Assembly: GCA_951406725.2 (NCBI GenBank)
Contig: OX597826.1
Location: 61,318,001-61,382,000 of the forward strand
DNA length: 64,000 nt
Reading direction: 5' to 3'
Source: Octopus vulgaris
Lineage: Eukaryota
Shown: piece after piece, positions 1-12,817 of the stretch
How the letters are laid out: each line of letters begins with the position of its first letter
Position numbering within the stretch: the first letter of the stretch is position 1
Position numbers and translations under genes: made by a program
The notes under the pieces: model-generated
Seen by the model: the letters and a program-made list of their open reading frames with translations, nothing else
The model's database searches: none
Told to the model about the DNA's origin: nothing

Positions 1-524
1 CACCTGGATGTCCCAAGACAGTTAAGGAAGTGTTTTAAAGTCAGATACCCTGCTCTGATATCTCATCAGGAGCTGCAAGACATAGATAATGGTGATAAGG
101 TACCCAGGTGGCCCTAAAAAGCACAATTTGAATCCAAGGTCTAAATCCTGACTTACTGTAGACCTGGCACTCACCTCTAAAACAGCCTGCAAGTAAATAA
201 TCTTTTGGACTATGTAATAAGAAGGGACAGAATAAGGACGAAAGTAATCCCATAGTTAGGTGTATATACATGTTACTCTGATGGGTTTGAATTAGAGTGT
301 AACTTTAAACTTTGAAAAATAAATTATTGTCACTGCTCAGAAACACCACAAAATGTCAGCAAGAGATTGAAGATTAAAATGAGAACAAAGAATTTGGAAA
401 GAGTTTAACCTTTAACATTCAGATTACTCTGTCAAATGTAATGCTTATTTATCCTCATTATTTTGAATTAATCATTCATTATCTGGCAGCTTGCAGATTT
501 TGATGATATAAAGGTTTATCTTTT

Positions 525-700
525 ATATAGGGAGAATTCACAAAAAAAAAGACGCAGACAGGTGGTGTAGACAACAAACAGATGTATTAGTTTAACGCTC
601 GGGAAGTGGAAAAGTCTTAAACGTTTCGAACCTACACTCTTCCACAGAAAGGAACACAGAAAGAAACAAGGAGAGAAAATAAAGAATGTGTAGAGGCTAG
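525..700 (-). mobile_element. Related pLTR-like element with degenerate hammerhead motif
   Basis: Minus strand CTGTGGA-agagtgtaggttc-GAAACGTT; homologous to 22240-22355. Confidence 0.5.
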
Positions 701-1299
701 AAAAAAACTGAAGGACCACTGCAATAAGTGTGCGAATCTGAGAGGGGAAATATGTTCAATAAAATTATAATTAACTGATCCTCTCGTATTTTGCTTTGCC
801 CAAAGCCAGGAACTTTTCAACACCCCTTTATACATATATATATATCTCATCCTTTAATATATGGCAAGTAAAAAGCACCCAGTACACTATTAAGTGATTA
901 GCATTAGGAAGGGCATCCAGCCATAGAAACTAGGCCACAACAGACAACAGGAGTCTGGGCAGCTCCATGCCAAGCCGTCCAACCCATGCAAGCATGGAAA
1001 GCAGACATTAAATGATGATGATGATTTTCTGCAAAGTGGTTGGTGATATGAAGAGTATCCAACTAAAAGAACTAAGCCAGATACACACAACAACAAAGTT
1101 TGCCAGTTTTCCCTATTATGGTGCATGTGCCCAGCAATGTCAGACGAGATGCTGTGACTCCTGGATGTAAAAATATTGATCGTGTATCACATCAACCACA
1201 GCTTATGCCAAGACATCAAGCAAAAGCAATGCATGGCAACAGGTCGATGACAAATATGATGAAAGAGGAGGGATTTACATAAAACAAAAATGTCCTCAC

Positions 1300-1400
1300 C
1301 TTGATTGTGCCTCCAAATCCTGAACCAACTTTTGATAAACCTTGTTTATTAAGAACATAAAGGTAACAGCCATCACTGGCTAGGGCACAAGGTGATGTAG
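1300..1400 (-). CDS. MYCBP2: MYCBP2 exon 7 (ATSPCALASDGCYLYVLNKQGLSKVGSGFGGTIK)
   Basis: Matches recalled DGFFLYLLCKDGLYKIGSGYSGTVR. CAG acceptor, GTGAGG donor, 101 nt, phase 1-0. Confidence 0.94.
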
Positions 1401-2316
1401 CTGAAATAAACAAACATACATAACATTATTATATATATATCACAGTACATTATACTAAATCATATTATACAATGTATATCACATTATATCATATATATCA
1501 TATATGATATATGTCTTTACAAATATACATACCACAGAGATTGTGTGTAGAGAGAGAAAGAGAGAAGGAAGAAAAGAAATGTTTGATCACTCAACAGCCA
1601 CAACTTTTATAAGCACATACCAACAGCTTTTATATGATTGTTTGACCAGCAAAAAATACCAACTAAATCACCCTCAAACCACATCCTGTCCTCTTACACA
1701 CAAAAAATACATAGATAATATCTAGGGAAACCTGAACTGTCATAGGCTGGATGGTCATGGGCAGGAGGGTAACTGGTGGGATGATCACAAACAGGATGGC
1801 TGCAGGTAGGAAGGTCACAAAGTCAAATGATCATAGACTAAATGCCTATGATCAACTCTGATCATAGATGAATTCTGTCTGAACTGACATCAAGCTACAA
1901 AATGTTTTTCATTAACAGCATATAACCACTGAAAACTGGATGTTGCTATTGCCTTGTGACCCATCCTTTAATAATAGCCACATCATCCTTTAACTGCAGT
2001 TCAGGGAGGAAGGGTAAACAGTTTATATTTTATGTCAGTATCACGAAGACACTGCAAGTGAGAGGTGTCATTTGTCTCAACAGACTGTTAATATTACTTA
2101 CATTGATAACTTTCTAATTTAGGCACTTCTAAACATCGGACGAGTTGGCCATGTCATATATGCTCACAAAACATTAAGTCATGTTGCACTGAGTCAAACT
2201 TATCAAATTCATGTAACTCCAACTGAATGTGTTGAGGGCTACTTCCTTTCATTTGTTCATTCACTCCCCTCTCTCTCATATATGTGTGTGTGTGTGTGTG
2301 TATGTGTGAATATATA

Positions 2317-2547
2317 TGTTTCTTTACTGCCCACAAGGGGCTAAACATAGAGGGAACAAACAAGGACAGACAAAGGGAGTAAGTCGATTACATCGACCCC
2401 AGTGCGAAACTGGTACTTTATTTATCGACCCCGAACGGATGAAAGGTAAAGTCGACCTCGGCGGAATTTGAACTCAGAACGTAACGACAGACGAAATACC
2501 GCTAAGCATTTCGCCCCGCGCGCTAACGTTTCTGCCAGCTCGCCGCC
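2317..2547 (-). mobile_element. SINE family 2 (other copies ~19500-20410 cluster, 29690-30070, 33880-34060, 39170-39385)
   Basis: Repeated ggcgagctggcagaaacgttagc...gagttcaaattccgccgaggtcgactt...gtaccag with B-box-like gagttcaaattcc. Confidence 0.8.
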
Positions 2548-2572
2548 ATCAGATAGTGTGTGTGAATATATA

Positions 2573-2955
2573 CAGGGAGTGATGGGTAAATTGTCACCAT
2601 TTTATATCTTTAAATTCTGGCACAGTTCGTTTTTGATTTTGTCGACTACACAGAAAGTAGGGTCAGTCGGGCACCATCTGTGAGAAAAACAGCACAATGA
2701 CACAATTTACTCTGCCAGAAATTTGGAAACGACATGTAGTACTGCTTGGCATTCATGCCAGAAGCTCCAATATGAACATTTCAGAGTGTTTGGGTATCAA
2801 TCTGAGGACAATGCAGAGAATTCTGAAAGAGATGGATTTTTAGTATTTCAAGATATTTTTATGTAATTTTGATAAAAAAATATCTGTTAAAATGAGATGT
2901 CAGTGTTATTTTCATTTTTGTGTAATTTAGATGACAATTTATCAACTGCACCCTG
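2573..2955 (+). mobile_element. Internally deleted non-autonomous copy of the same Tc1/mariner family
   Basis: TA-flanked TIRs cagggagtgatgggtaaattgtca / tgacaatttatcaactgcaccctg; retains the transposase N-terminal sequence seen at ~35580-35640. Confidence 0.85.
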
Positions 2956-3667
2956 TATGTGTGTGTGTGTGTGTGTATACACACACTTTCAGCTTTCAGG
3001 CAGCAAGTTGGCAGAGGTCTCAGAGTGTGTCAGATAGATCGCTTTGTATTGATTTCAACTTTCTCTGCTCCATCTTCAAGTCTTTTGGGGCTGATAAAAT
3101 AATAAATCAGCACTGGGGTCAACTCCTCTCTCTCTGGAACAAATCAGCTGGGTGAAGATCTAAAGGGAGATGGGCTCTGGCATCTTTAGATGCTCATGAC
3201 ATGCCATATGTCACAGCAGTACCCTTACAACTTTATCAGGAGTTGAAGGCCAAAGAACTCAAAAAGGAAGGAATCACAATTATATATTCTTTTACTAATT
3301 TCAGTCATCTGACTGCAGAAATACTGAGGCACAGCCTTCAGTTTATTCAATTGTGCAAAACCCCAGCTGTAGTGCTTGTTTTAGTGCCCCATAGTCTATT
3401 CATCAAATTGCTATGTTACATAGCAAAAGGACACAATGTGCTACTAGGAATCATACACATAAACATGAAACAAGGCCTAAGATAATTCTGTCTTCAAATT
3501 CTATGTACAAGACGTTGGTCAAACCAGGGCTATGACAAAAGACACTGCAGTGCGGCTGACTAAGCAATCATGTATTCGCAAAACAAATTTCTCAACTTTG
3601 CAGTTATACCTGCATCTATAATTTTGTTGTTGCTTCTACATATCAGAGTTTAATGAAAAGAACTTAC

Positions 3668-3818
3668 CAGAAATCTTCTGTCGAGACACACTGTCTAATT
3701 TGAAAGAAGCAGCCAACGCCTTAACTTTTACACCTTGACTCAACCATTCTGGTAACTGCGCTTTACCATGTAACACAGCATGAACACTCTTTTGTAGGGA
3801 GGTAAGAATGTTAGATAC
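3668..3818 (-). CDS. MYCBP2: MYCBP2 exon 6 (VSNILTSLQKSVHAVLHGKAQLPEWLSQGVK...KIS)
   Basis: Matches recalled VPTILNSLQRSVQAVLVGKIQIQDWFSNGIK. CAG acceptor, GTAAGT donor, 151 nt, phase 0-1. Confidence 0.95.
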
Positions 3819-4048
3819 CTGCAAAGGTAAAAAAAAGGTAACATAAAATCACAAAGTGAGAGAGGTTGGTAGGACATGAGAGACAGAGCGATATGTGCAT
3901 CATCATCATTTAACGTCTGCTTTTCCATGCTGGCATGGGTTGGACGATTTGACTGAGGTCTGGCAAACCAGACTCCAATCTGATCTGGCAGAGTTTCTAC
4001 AGTTGGATGCCCTTCCTAACGCCAACCACTCCGAGAGTGTAGTGGGTG

Positions 4049-4248
4049 CTTTTACGTGCCACCGGCACGAGGGCCAGTTTGGTGGTACTGGCAACGGCCA
4101 CGCCCAAATGGTGCTTTTTACATGCCACCTGCACAGGAGCCAGTCCAGCGGCACTGGCTCCTGTGCAGGTGGCACGTAAAAAGCACCATTTGGGCGTGGC
4201 CATTGCCAGTATCACCAAATTGGCCCTCGTGCCAGTGGCACATAAAAG
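4049..4248. repeat. Fold-back inverted repeat (~96 bp arms, 8 nt loop) within an RTE-tail element
   Basis: ...gcacaggagccagt ccagcggc actggctcctgtgc... Confidence 0.9.
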
Positions 4249-4667
4249 TGTTTATTTGTTCATTTGTCTCTACAGCTGATTTTCTGTGCCAGCATGGGTT
4301 ACATGGATATATTATTGAAGCATTATTTAACAAACAGAAGCTTTTCGTGTTGCTTACTCTTAACATTTTTCCAAATAAGGGATCTTTTATTTCATGTCTT
4401 CAGGAGCGCAAAGCTAATGGCTGATTCATTTCACAGGAAAAATGACAAAATCACTAGCAATTTTTGGAGAAGTGCAAATGTAAACAAACACAAACACACA
4501 AGGCTTTTTCTCAATTTCCAGTTGACCAAATCAACTCACGTTTATGTGTGTATGCATATGTATACACACACACAGATTATTTATTTGTGTATAAGTCTCA
4601 CCTGCTAGTTTAATGTAAAATTTTGGTACAAAATTTTCTTTCCTTCATAGTTTCAGCTTTCTCCACA

Positions 4668-4746
4668 TATAAGTTACACCCCAGTTTGTAGATAAAATTC
4701 AGTGTAAAATAGTGTGACTTATACACAGGTAAATACAGAGTATGTA

Positions 4747-4786
<40 letters not shown>

Positions 4787-4893
4787 CTGTGTGTGTGCAT
4801 GTGCACCCACACATTATATACATACTGTATTTACCTATGTATAAGTCACTATTTTGCACCTGATTTTATCAGCAAACTGAGATGCAACTTATA
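4668..4893. repeat. Imperfect inverted repeat (~85 bp arms) around a (TG)n tract, MITE-like
   Basis: gtgacttatacacaggtaaatacag / ctgtatttacctatgtataagtcac. Confidence 0.7.
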
Positions 4894-5236
4894 TATTTCC
4901 ATACATATATATATATATATACACATATATATGGGAAGAGAGTAATAAATATATATACAGAGAGAGAGTGAAGCAGAAAGATAAGGATATATACAGAAGT
5001 AGATTGGTTTTATTTGAACAGACAGCACACAAGAACAACAGATGGCTTAAAGAATTCTGGAACCATTCAAAAGACAAGCCAACAAGTGACTATATGATTA
5101 TGCAACCTGCTAGAATTAGCAGCTAAATCTCACCCAATCTCACAAAAAAAAAAAAAAAAGAAAAACGAAAAGAAGAATCACACTCTACTGCCAGCGATTT
5201 CCACTATTAAAGTATTCGAATTATATAAACACTCAC

Positions 5237-5439
5237 CGGAATTGTTTGACCACACACTGGATTCGTGTTCATGAGCATGACACCAATGGCAGAAAGGTAC
5301 TTGCCGGTATCGCCCCATGCTATCACCAAACTGATGAGCGCTGCACAGGCAAGCGACGTCAATGTGTTGCTAAGCTCTAATGAGATGTTATTCAAGCCCT
5401 GACCTGTCGTTAGGTCCATCATCAGTTGAAACATTCCAT
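5237..5439 (-). CDS. MYCBP2: MYCBP2 exon 5 (DGMFQLMMDL...LTSLACAALISLVIAWGDTG...CGQTIP)
   Basis: Matches recalled LTALSCACLFSLVASWGETG...CQTIQ. CAG acceptor, GTGAGT donor, 203 nt, phase 1-0. Confidence 0.95.
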
Positions 5440-5503
5440 CTGGAAACAGAAAAGAGAAAAATAAAAGTTAGCAAAAAGAAAAAAAAAAGAAGAAAGTAAA
5501 TCA

Positions 5504-5671
5504 GGCGCAGGAGTGGCTGTGTGTGTAAGTAGCTTGCTAACCAACCACATGGTTCTGGGTTCAGTACCACTGCGTGGCACCTTGGGCAAGTGTCTTCGAC
5601 TATAGCCTCGGGCCGACCAAAGCCTTGTGAGTGGATTTGGTAGACGGAAACTGAAAGAAGCCTGTTGTATA

Positions 5672-5726
<55 letters not shown>

Positions 5727-5930
5727 ATGTGTATCTGTGTTTGTCCCCCTAGCATTACTTGACAACCGATGCTGGTGTGTTTACGTCCCCATCACTTAGC
5801 GGTTCGGCAAAAGAGACCGATAGAATAAGTACTGGGCTTACAAAGAATAAGTCCCGGGGTCGATTTGCTCGACAAAAGGCAGTGCTCCAGCATGGCCGCA
5901 GTCAAATGACTGAAACAAGTAAAAGAGAGA
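5504..5930 (+). mobile_element. tRNA-derived SINE family 1 (other copies e.g. ~8870-9210, 13495-13650, 15926-16280, 28020-28250, 32000-32210, 32490-33185, 35641-35900)
   Basis: A/B-box-like head tggctgtgtg.../ggttcagtacc, internal TA/TG tract, 3' tail ccagcatggccgcagtcaaatgactgaaacaagtaaaag. Confidence 0.8.
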
Positions 5931-6574
5931 GAGATTATTTTGAATTGTATATATGAAGGTGCATGGTCAAGGAGTTAGGGTGTTCCAGTTTATGTTCATA
6001 AGGTGGTGGGTTCTAACTACTGGACTGGCTGGTTCATCGTGTCCTTAAGCAAGGCACTTTGTTTCATTTTGCCTCAGTCTGTTCAGCAGTAAATGAGCAC
6101 TAACTGCCGTACTAGTGCAGCTCTCTCTCTCTCTTTCCCAGATGTGTCATCTGAAATGTTCCGAATGCTAAAGAGTGAGGCGGCCAAGAGAATGTCCATG
6201 TCTGCTCATGAATACAAAGACATTTGAAGCAATTATCAAAACTATGGTACAGGCTGATGAGTCATATTCCCACACAAGTGAAAGCTGACTGTACGGTACT
6301 TTAAAACATAGCAGCAGCAGGAGGAGGAGAGGAGAAAAGCCACCAAATATTGACGATAAATCCCTATCAAAGGATTAAGATTAATCTATGCAGGTAACAG
6401 CTTCACTGGAGTCAAGCTACTCTGCAATGTAGTGCACATTGTAAGGTTGTCATGGATAGATCCACAGCAAATTGTGCAGGTCTGTTTGCTCTTAACCACA
6501 TGATCAGTAACAAGGGCTAAAATGCAATATGAAAAAAAGAAAAAGAAAGAAAGACAAAGAAGTCTATAGTTAAC

Positions 6575-6728
6575 CTAAAACTTCTGCTGGTTCTCCTTTC
6601 ATGCTTTCTGGTAACTGTCCTTGCAGAAGGTCCAGAAGAGCTTTTAAGGCCTTCACACAAAGTTCTGGATATTGTTTCTGAGTTTCTCGCACCAGTTCAA
6701 ACACCACATTGAGACCCATACCAACAAT
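6575..6728 (-). CDS. MYCBP2: MYCBP2 exon 4 (IVGMGLNVVFELVRETQKQYPELCVKALKALLDLLQGQLPESMKGEPAEVL)
   Basis: Strong match to recalled IIEVGLCEVFELIKET...LLNVLQGQQPEGLQSEPPEVL. CAG/GT boundaries, 154 nt, phase 0-1. Confidence 0.95.
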
Positions 6729-7699
6729 CTGAAATTGAAGAAAAACAACAAGATGAAATGATGTTAGTGCCAGTGATGATGGTGATGATAATGATAGCAA
6801 TGATGATGATGAGGAGGAGGATATTTCTGCACAAATATGCTTCCTTTTAGTTGAATTAATTTTTAAAACGAAGAATTCAAAAAAATAACATTGTCATAAG
6901 CAAGCTGATGCTTGAAACATAAATTATCACCATAATTTAGATGGAGGGTTCCAATTCACTGTATTTCAGACCAACATTTACAGCTAAAACAAATCTCAGT
7001 CAACTTATACACCAAGGCAACTTCAGCAGATTAAATATTCCATGTGAAATGCAGCAAGATTTGGAAAGACAGTGACAATGTTTTTAATGTTTAAATTACA
7101 ATTTTTACTACACTGTACATACTATAATGACTAGTATGCCAGAAAATACAGGGTATCACTTTAAAATAGGAATGGTTTCAGATGGGTTTATGTCAAAAGA
7201 GCCAGGTATGGGAAAATGATGAAAGCCACTAATGATGCAATATGTAAAGAAAAATAGATAAGTTTATTCAATTGGAATAGACCTTATAGGTCCTAATAAA
7301 GTGATACAATTACTGATGGGTTTGGAAACTATATATTCTTTGCAAAGCACTACAGCCACCACATACAGTTTGCAAGACAATTCTAATGCTGATATCCATT
7401 TCACAAACATATACAGACTCGTCATATATATATGTGCTCACACACACATACATAAGCTTACAAATGTGTATATTGCACAAATACATAGATTTATAAACAC
7501 GGACCTCTCTCACATGCCCTGCACAGCCACAAAACTCAACGCTAAGCTCCCACAAAGATATGATTCATGTAGAACATACACATAACCGGACATACTCATA
7601 TGACTACAGATGCACTCAGACCACCATGCAACCAGACAGATGCATGCATGCACACAAACACACACCCAAACAATCACAAACATGCAGAGACACCCACCC

Positions 7700-8105
7700 A
7701 CACACAGGCAACCATCGACACATACACACAGGCAACCATCAAGACACGCACACAGGCAACCATCGAGACATGCATACAGTCAACCATCAACACACACGCA
7801 CACACACATAGACAACCATCGACACACATGCACAGGCAACCATCGACACACACGCCCAGGCAACAATTGACACACGCACAGGCAACCATCGACACACACG
7901 CAACCGTCGACACACACGCACAGGCAACCATCGACACCCATCAAGACACACACACAAAGACAACCATCAACACACACACACACACACACACACAAAGACA
8001 ACCATTGTCACATACACACACAGGCAACCATCGACACACAAAGACAACCATCGATACACACACACACAAAGACAACCATCGACACACACACACAAAGACA
8101 ACCAT
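7700..8105. repeat. CA-rich minisatellite (aggcaaccatcgac(ac)n units)
   Basis: Many imperfect tandem units, directly after the exon 3 donor. Confidence 0.9.
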
Positions 8106-8154
8106 TCACAAACACACAAACAGTAAGAGAAACAAATAGCTGCATTACACAAAC

Positions 8155-8382
8155 CTTTGGTATCTGAAGTAACTGGCCATCTTTTACGATGTCTTCGCTT
8201 TCTTCCTCCTCCGAGTCTGACGTCGGCACACCGTTCACCTGGTGAAACATCCATGCTGCCTCCTTGATACAGTGTTCCAATACCGAGTAGCGGACGTTTG
8301 CAAACACCGAGAATGCAGACGGGTTGCCACTGAGTTCGATGTTTGGCAGCTGAATCTCCAGTGGCTCGGGACTTTTGTCTCT
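8155..8382 (-). CDS. MYCBP2: MYCBP2 exon 3 (RDKSPE...NPSAFSVFANVRYSVLE...SDSEEEES...IPK)
   Basis: Matches recalled MYCBP2 NPSAFNIYCNVRHCVLE...SDSDEEEES...LPK. Acceptor ttttttccaaacAG, donor GTTTGT, 228 nt, phase 0-0. Confidence 0.93.
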
Positions 8383-9477
8383 CTGTTTGGAAAAAACATA
8401 ACGCACCTGTACAGTGGCGGAGGTTTTCCGGCAGGTGTGCAACAGTGCCGTTAATTAAATTGGGTGTATTTTCATTTATTTACATTTGTTTATTCTACAT
8501 TTATTGGCAGCGGAACATTTCTTTGTATTTTATACTCTTAAATTACATTTGGTAAAAAAAAAAAAAAGAAAATGAAACAGGTGGTATAGGGGTGGAGTTA
8601 TGGAAATGGAGAGTACTTTTATTGTTGCTGTTGTTGCTGCTGTTTAACCCTAGGTCAAAACCCTGATCCATCAATCCTATGATCAAAGTCATTCCAGCCA
8701 TGGCCATCCTATCATATTTTCAGATAAAATACACATACCTCAATACACCAAAGTGTCTTTCCATTCTTCAAGATAAGATGGTCTAAGTTGGAGATTTGAC
8801 TGCTATTTCTAGGATAGTGTGCAACCATATAAAAGTAGCTTTGTTTTGGTATTATGAATTTTTATCTTATCTTTTACTTGTTTCAATCATTGGACTGTAG
8901 CCATGCTGGAGTACTGCCTTGAAAGGTTTAAGATTTAATCAAATAGATCACCCCCAGGACTTACGTTTTAGGTCTGGTACATTTTCTGGCAGTCTCTTTC
9001 ACTGAACCTTTAAATTATAGGAATGTAGACAAACCTACACTGGCTGTCAATGGGGGTGACAAACACACACACACATACATGATGGGATTCCACATAGTTT
9101 CCATATACCAAATTCATCCATAAGGCACTGATCGGCTTGGGATTACAGTAGGAAACACTTGTCTAAGATGCTGTGCAGTGGGACTGAACTCAAACCCACA
9201 TGGTTTGTATCTAGCCTTATGCTTTACCACTTCTGATACTATATCATAAAAGCCTCCCAGCATGGAAAGTGAATGTAAAATTATAAGGATTATGACGGAG
9301 TTGCCTTATTTTGTAACAGTATAACCCCTGAACCACACCTAATCAGGTTCATCAATGGTATCCCAGCTTTTTGCTGATGAAGGACTTCATTATCCCAGAT
9401 GTCACTTTTTTTTAATGTAGAGTGTGATTTTAGGGAGATTTGGCTGATATTTCTATCAATCGAACAACCCAGTAGAA

Positions 9478-10190
9478 CAGTACTTCTCAACCAGGGTCCA
9501 TATAAGATTCTGTCATTAAAACTTATGAGCAATAAATTGCTTGTATTTCTATAATGCACAAAATATTTAAACATTTTTTTAAACAATTCCTAATAATATC
9601 TAATCATAAAAATATAATTTTTAGACATCAATTGACTACCATAAATCCTCGAGTATAATCCGCATTTGTATCCCAAATTTTAAAGGTCAAAATCCCTAGT
9701 GCATACTATATACGAGGTTAAAAATGAAAATTATTTTCTAGGCAATGTTCGAGTCTCTATTTGCTGTCCGGCAATGTTTATTCAGACACATTTTGTGATG
9801 TTGGCCGCGAAAATACCTTAAATCATCCATAACTTGCAGTAAGCAACATTTATTAAACGTTATTACCGTTATTACTGTTATTTCTTTATTTTCTGCAAAC
9901 AAAACGCACAAAAAAGCTACATGTTTGCATTGTTATATATACAATAATAATAAAGGATGTTACCATATACATTTTTACAAACCAAGGACGTTATATAGAC
10001 CTCCTTGACTCAAGTTAGAGAAGGGGTGCGTATTATACACAAGGTTTGGGTTTTTCAGAGGTACAGCTCCCTAAAAATCCCCTGCGTATTATACTCAAGG
10101 GCGGACTATACTCGAGGATTTACGGTATATGGATCCTCCTACGAGATTAAAATAGAAATCTATAGGCAAAAAAATGGTTCAGAATAACTG
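9478..10190. mobile_element. hAT/Charlie-like MITE (host of the nested element)
   Basis: Ends cagtacttctcaacc / ggttcagaataactg; 8 bp TSD cagtagaa / ctgtagaa. Confidence 0.7.
9639..10125. mobile_element. TA-flanked Tc1/mariner/pogo-type MITE nested in a hAT MITE
   Basis: TIRs ccataaatcctcgagtataatccgc / gcggactatactcgaggatttacgg, TA on both sides. Confidence 0.85.
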
Positions 10191-10269
10191 CTGTAGAAGC
10201 TGGAACATTGGCATAAGGCTGGATATTTCAGGCGAAAGAATACAGCTCAGTAAATCAACTCCAGTATTT

Positions 10270-10578
10270 GTTGTTGTTTGTTCCTTCTCAAGCCATGCCT
10301 GGCTCATAAGGGCCGGTTTCTCAGTTTCCTTGGCGTATAGGTTCCCCACCTGGACGGGACGCCGGTCCATCACAGGTGAGCTGCAAGATGCAGGAGGAAA
10401 GAGTGAGAGAAAGTTGTGGCAAAAGAATCAGCAGAAGTTTTGCCATTACCTTCTGCCGGAGCCGCGTGGAGCTTAGATGTTTCGCTCATAAACATACACA
10501 TCGTCCAATCTGAGATTCGAACCTGCGATCCCTCAACCGCGAGTCCGCTGCTCTAACCGTTAGGCCATGTGCCTCCAC
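10270..10578 (-). mobile_element. tRNA-derived SINE (Arg-TCG-like head)
   Basis: gtggaggcacatggcctaacggttagagcagcggactcgcgg...ggttcgaatc, (CAA)n-like tail. Confidence 0.7.
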
Positions 10579-12231
10579 AACCCCGGTATATGACTCACAT
10601 TTTATTATTTTCATCACAAAATAATCAAAGATAATGTCTCTCTTTCCTACTTTAGGCCCTCTATGCTTGGCACAAAGCGCCAACCACCTAAAAACTGCAC
10701 AGTCACTCTGTGAAGGGGGTCTTGTTTTACATAGTAGCACAGGTGCCACAAAAAAAAGAGCATCTAGGGCACTCTAAGGTGGTTGGCTTTATGAAGGGCA
10801 TCCAATAAGAGAAACCTTGCCAAAGCAGACAATGAATTCTATTAAACCATCTAACCCAAGCAGGCATGGAACACAGACATTAAACAATAATGCTGATGAT
10901 ATAAATGTTGATCACATGAAGATTTGAACCCAGAACATAAATGAATGCCCGTCTGGTATTAAGCTGTAACTAATATATTTTACTTACTGCTAAATACTGT
11001 CACAATTTTTTCTTCTTTTAATGATTAAACAACATCCTGATAATCAACTTGTCTTGCTATTATCTCTGTTTTTACACTAAATATTGATACTATGCAAACA
11101 TGATATACTGATTAAGACTACTGCAACAACATTCTATTATGAATAGAGGTTTCTAGTTCAAATCTAGCAAAGTATATGCTTGTAAGAAAAGGTTATTTTA
11201 AGATGACTGGGCTATAATCCAATCAGACAGTGGTATACAGAGTGAAGCAAACAGAGAGACAGACAAAGAGGTGTGTGTGTGTATTATACATATATATACA
11301 TAAATATATTATATACAACAGAAGCAGCATTAGATTAAAATAGCCATCTATGTATCATAATATAAATACATTGCAATAAAGCAAATTTACTATGGTAGCC
11401 TTTGCAGAGATAATATACTTTATGGACATGCAATATATAAGAAAAGCAGGGGAAAATCATCCAGCAGCAATAGCGAGAATGCTGGATGCGCATTTCTGCC
11501 TCATTAGACATCGTTAGTTGCATGTACTCACTGCCAATCATATGCTAGAACAAAATCCATTGCTACTGATATAAAAAAAAATGGTGAAAATGTGACTGAA
11601 CAATCACTGGTGTTGGAATAAGGTATCTGGCTGAATAAAAAATCCGTTATATGCAATGGAAGCAGTGCTAAGTTAAGATAGGTAAATGTGTATCATACTT
11701 AATGTAAATACATTGTGAAAAGACAAATTAACTGTGGTATTTGTCTATAAATGGTATCTTATGAACGTTCTGTGTTTAAAAACAATATATAGTTACAAGG
11801 TACTTACATTAAGCATGACCTACAGATAGCTAAATATATAAATATATATGTATATATATAAACACATACAAAATCAAAATCAAAATCGATCAACATCAAT
11901 GGAAATTGCAGCTGTGATACCAGTGCCGGTGGTACGTAAGAAAACCATCCGAACGTGGCCATTGCCAGCGCCGCCCCCGACTGGCCTCGTGCCAGTGGCA
12001 CGTAAAAAGCACCATCCAATCGTGGCCGTTTGCCAGCCTCGTCTGGCACCTGTGCCAGTGGAACGTAAAAGCACCCACTACACTCACGGAGTGGTTGGCA
12101 TTAGAAAGAGCATTCAGCCGTAGAAACCTCGCCAGATCAGACTGGGCCTGGTGCAGCCTTCTGGCTTCCCAGACCCCAGTTGAACCGTCCAACCCATGCT
12201 AGTATGGAAAGCGGACGCTAAACGATGATGA

Positions 12232-12282
<51 letters not shown>

Positions 12283-12384
12283 TATATATAAACGCATACA
12301 TATATATACATATGCATGCATACACACACATATACACACACAGTGTGAGGGATAGAATCACAATTACAAAGGATCATAACTAAC

Positions 12385-12451
12385 CTTTGGTTTTTTATCT
12401 TTATTTTTAGTTTTCACTTTCTTTTTAAATTTCTTTTTTTCTGTAAGTCTT
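12385..12451 (-). CDS. MYCBP2: MYCBP2 exon 2 (RLTEKKKFKKKVKTKNKDKKPK), basic lysine-rich segment
   Basis: Long polypyrimidine tract plus CAG acceptor, GTTAGT donor, 67 nt, phase 2 to 0. Resembles the recalled KKKLKRKQK stretch of MYCBP2. Not in ORF track. Confidence 0.88.
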
Positions 12452-12618
12452 CTGAAAAAAAACAAAAGAATGGAAACAAATGTTACATATTAATCACTTA
12501 GAAAACTTTTCATAATACAATATTGTTGTTCTACCTTTGACAAAACTACACACAGTGCTTGGTCACAACAAACAACATTCAGTCGAAACAAAATCATAAT
12601 ACTTGGTCACAATTGTAC

Positions 12619-12817
12619 AAGGGGTGCTGAAAAGTTCCTGGCTTTGGGTAAAAGAAAATACAGAAGAATTGGTTAAATATGATTTTATTGAACATATTTC
12701 CCTCACAGATTCACACACCGAATGCAACAGTCCTTCAGTTTTTCTAAGCATTGTAAAAGAACTGAGAAGGCCAGGCCTTTCATAATACTGATAAAGCCAG
12801 GAAATTTTTAGCACCCC
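12619..12817. mobile_element. Mariner-like MITE (related copies at ~705-830 and ~57369-57590)
   Basis: TIRs ggggtgctgaaaagttcctggcttt / aaagccaggaaatttttagcacccc. Confidence 0.75.

Noticed and set aside
3895-4424. Overlapping GC-rich ORFs repeated across the window ([10 protein letters not shown]...)
   Set aside because: Translations of the non-coding RTE 3' UTR repeat.
7700-8105. CRISPR-like repeat-spacer appearance (also 51061-51340 and 61340-61475)
   Set aside because: Eukaryotic intron; spacers are (CA)n/(TA)n or absent rather than unique; no cas genes.
7560-8139. Thr/His-rich ORFs with repeats
   Set aside because: Minisatellite translation within MYCBP2 intron 3.
10500-10578. Possible tRNA genes (also 36630-36703 and 38900-38975)
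   Set aside because: No convincing acceptor stem or cloverleaf by eye, and they continue into repeat bodies; treated as SINE heads.
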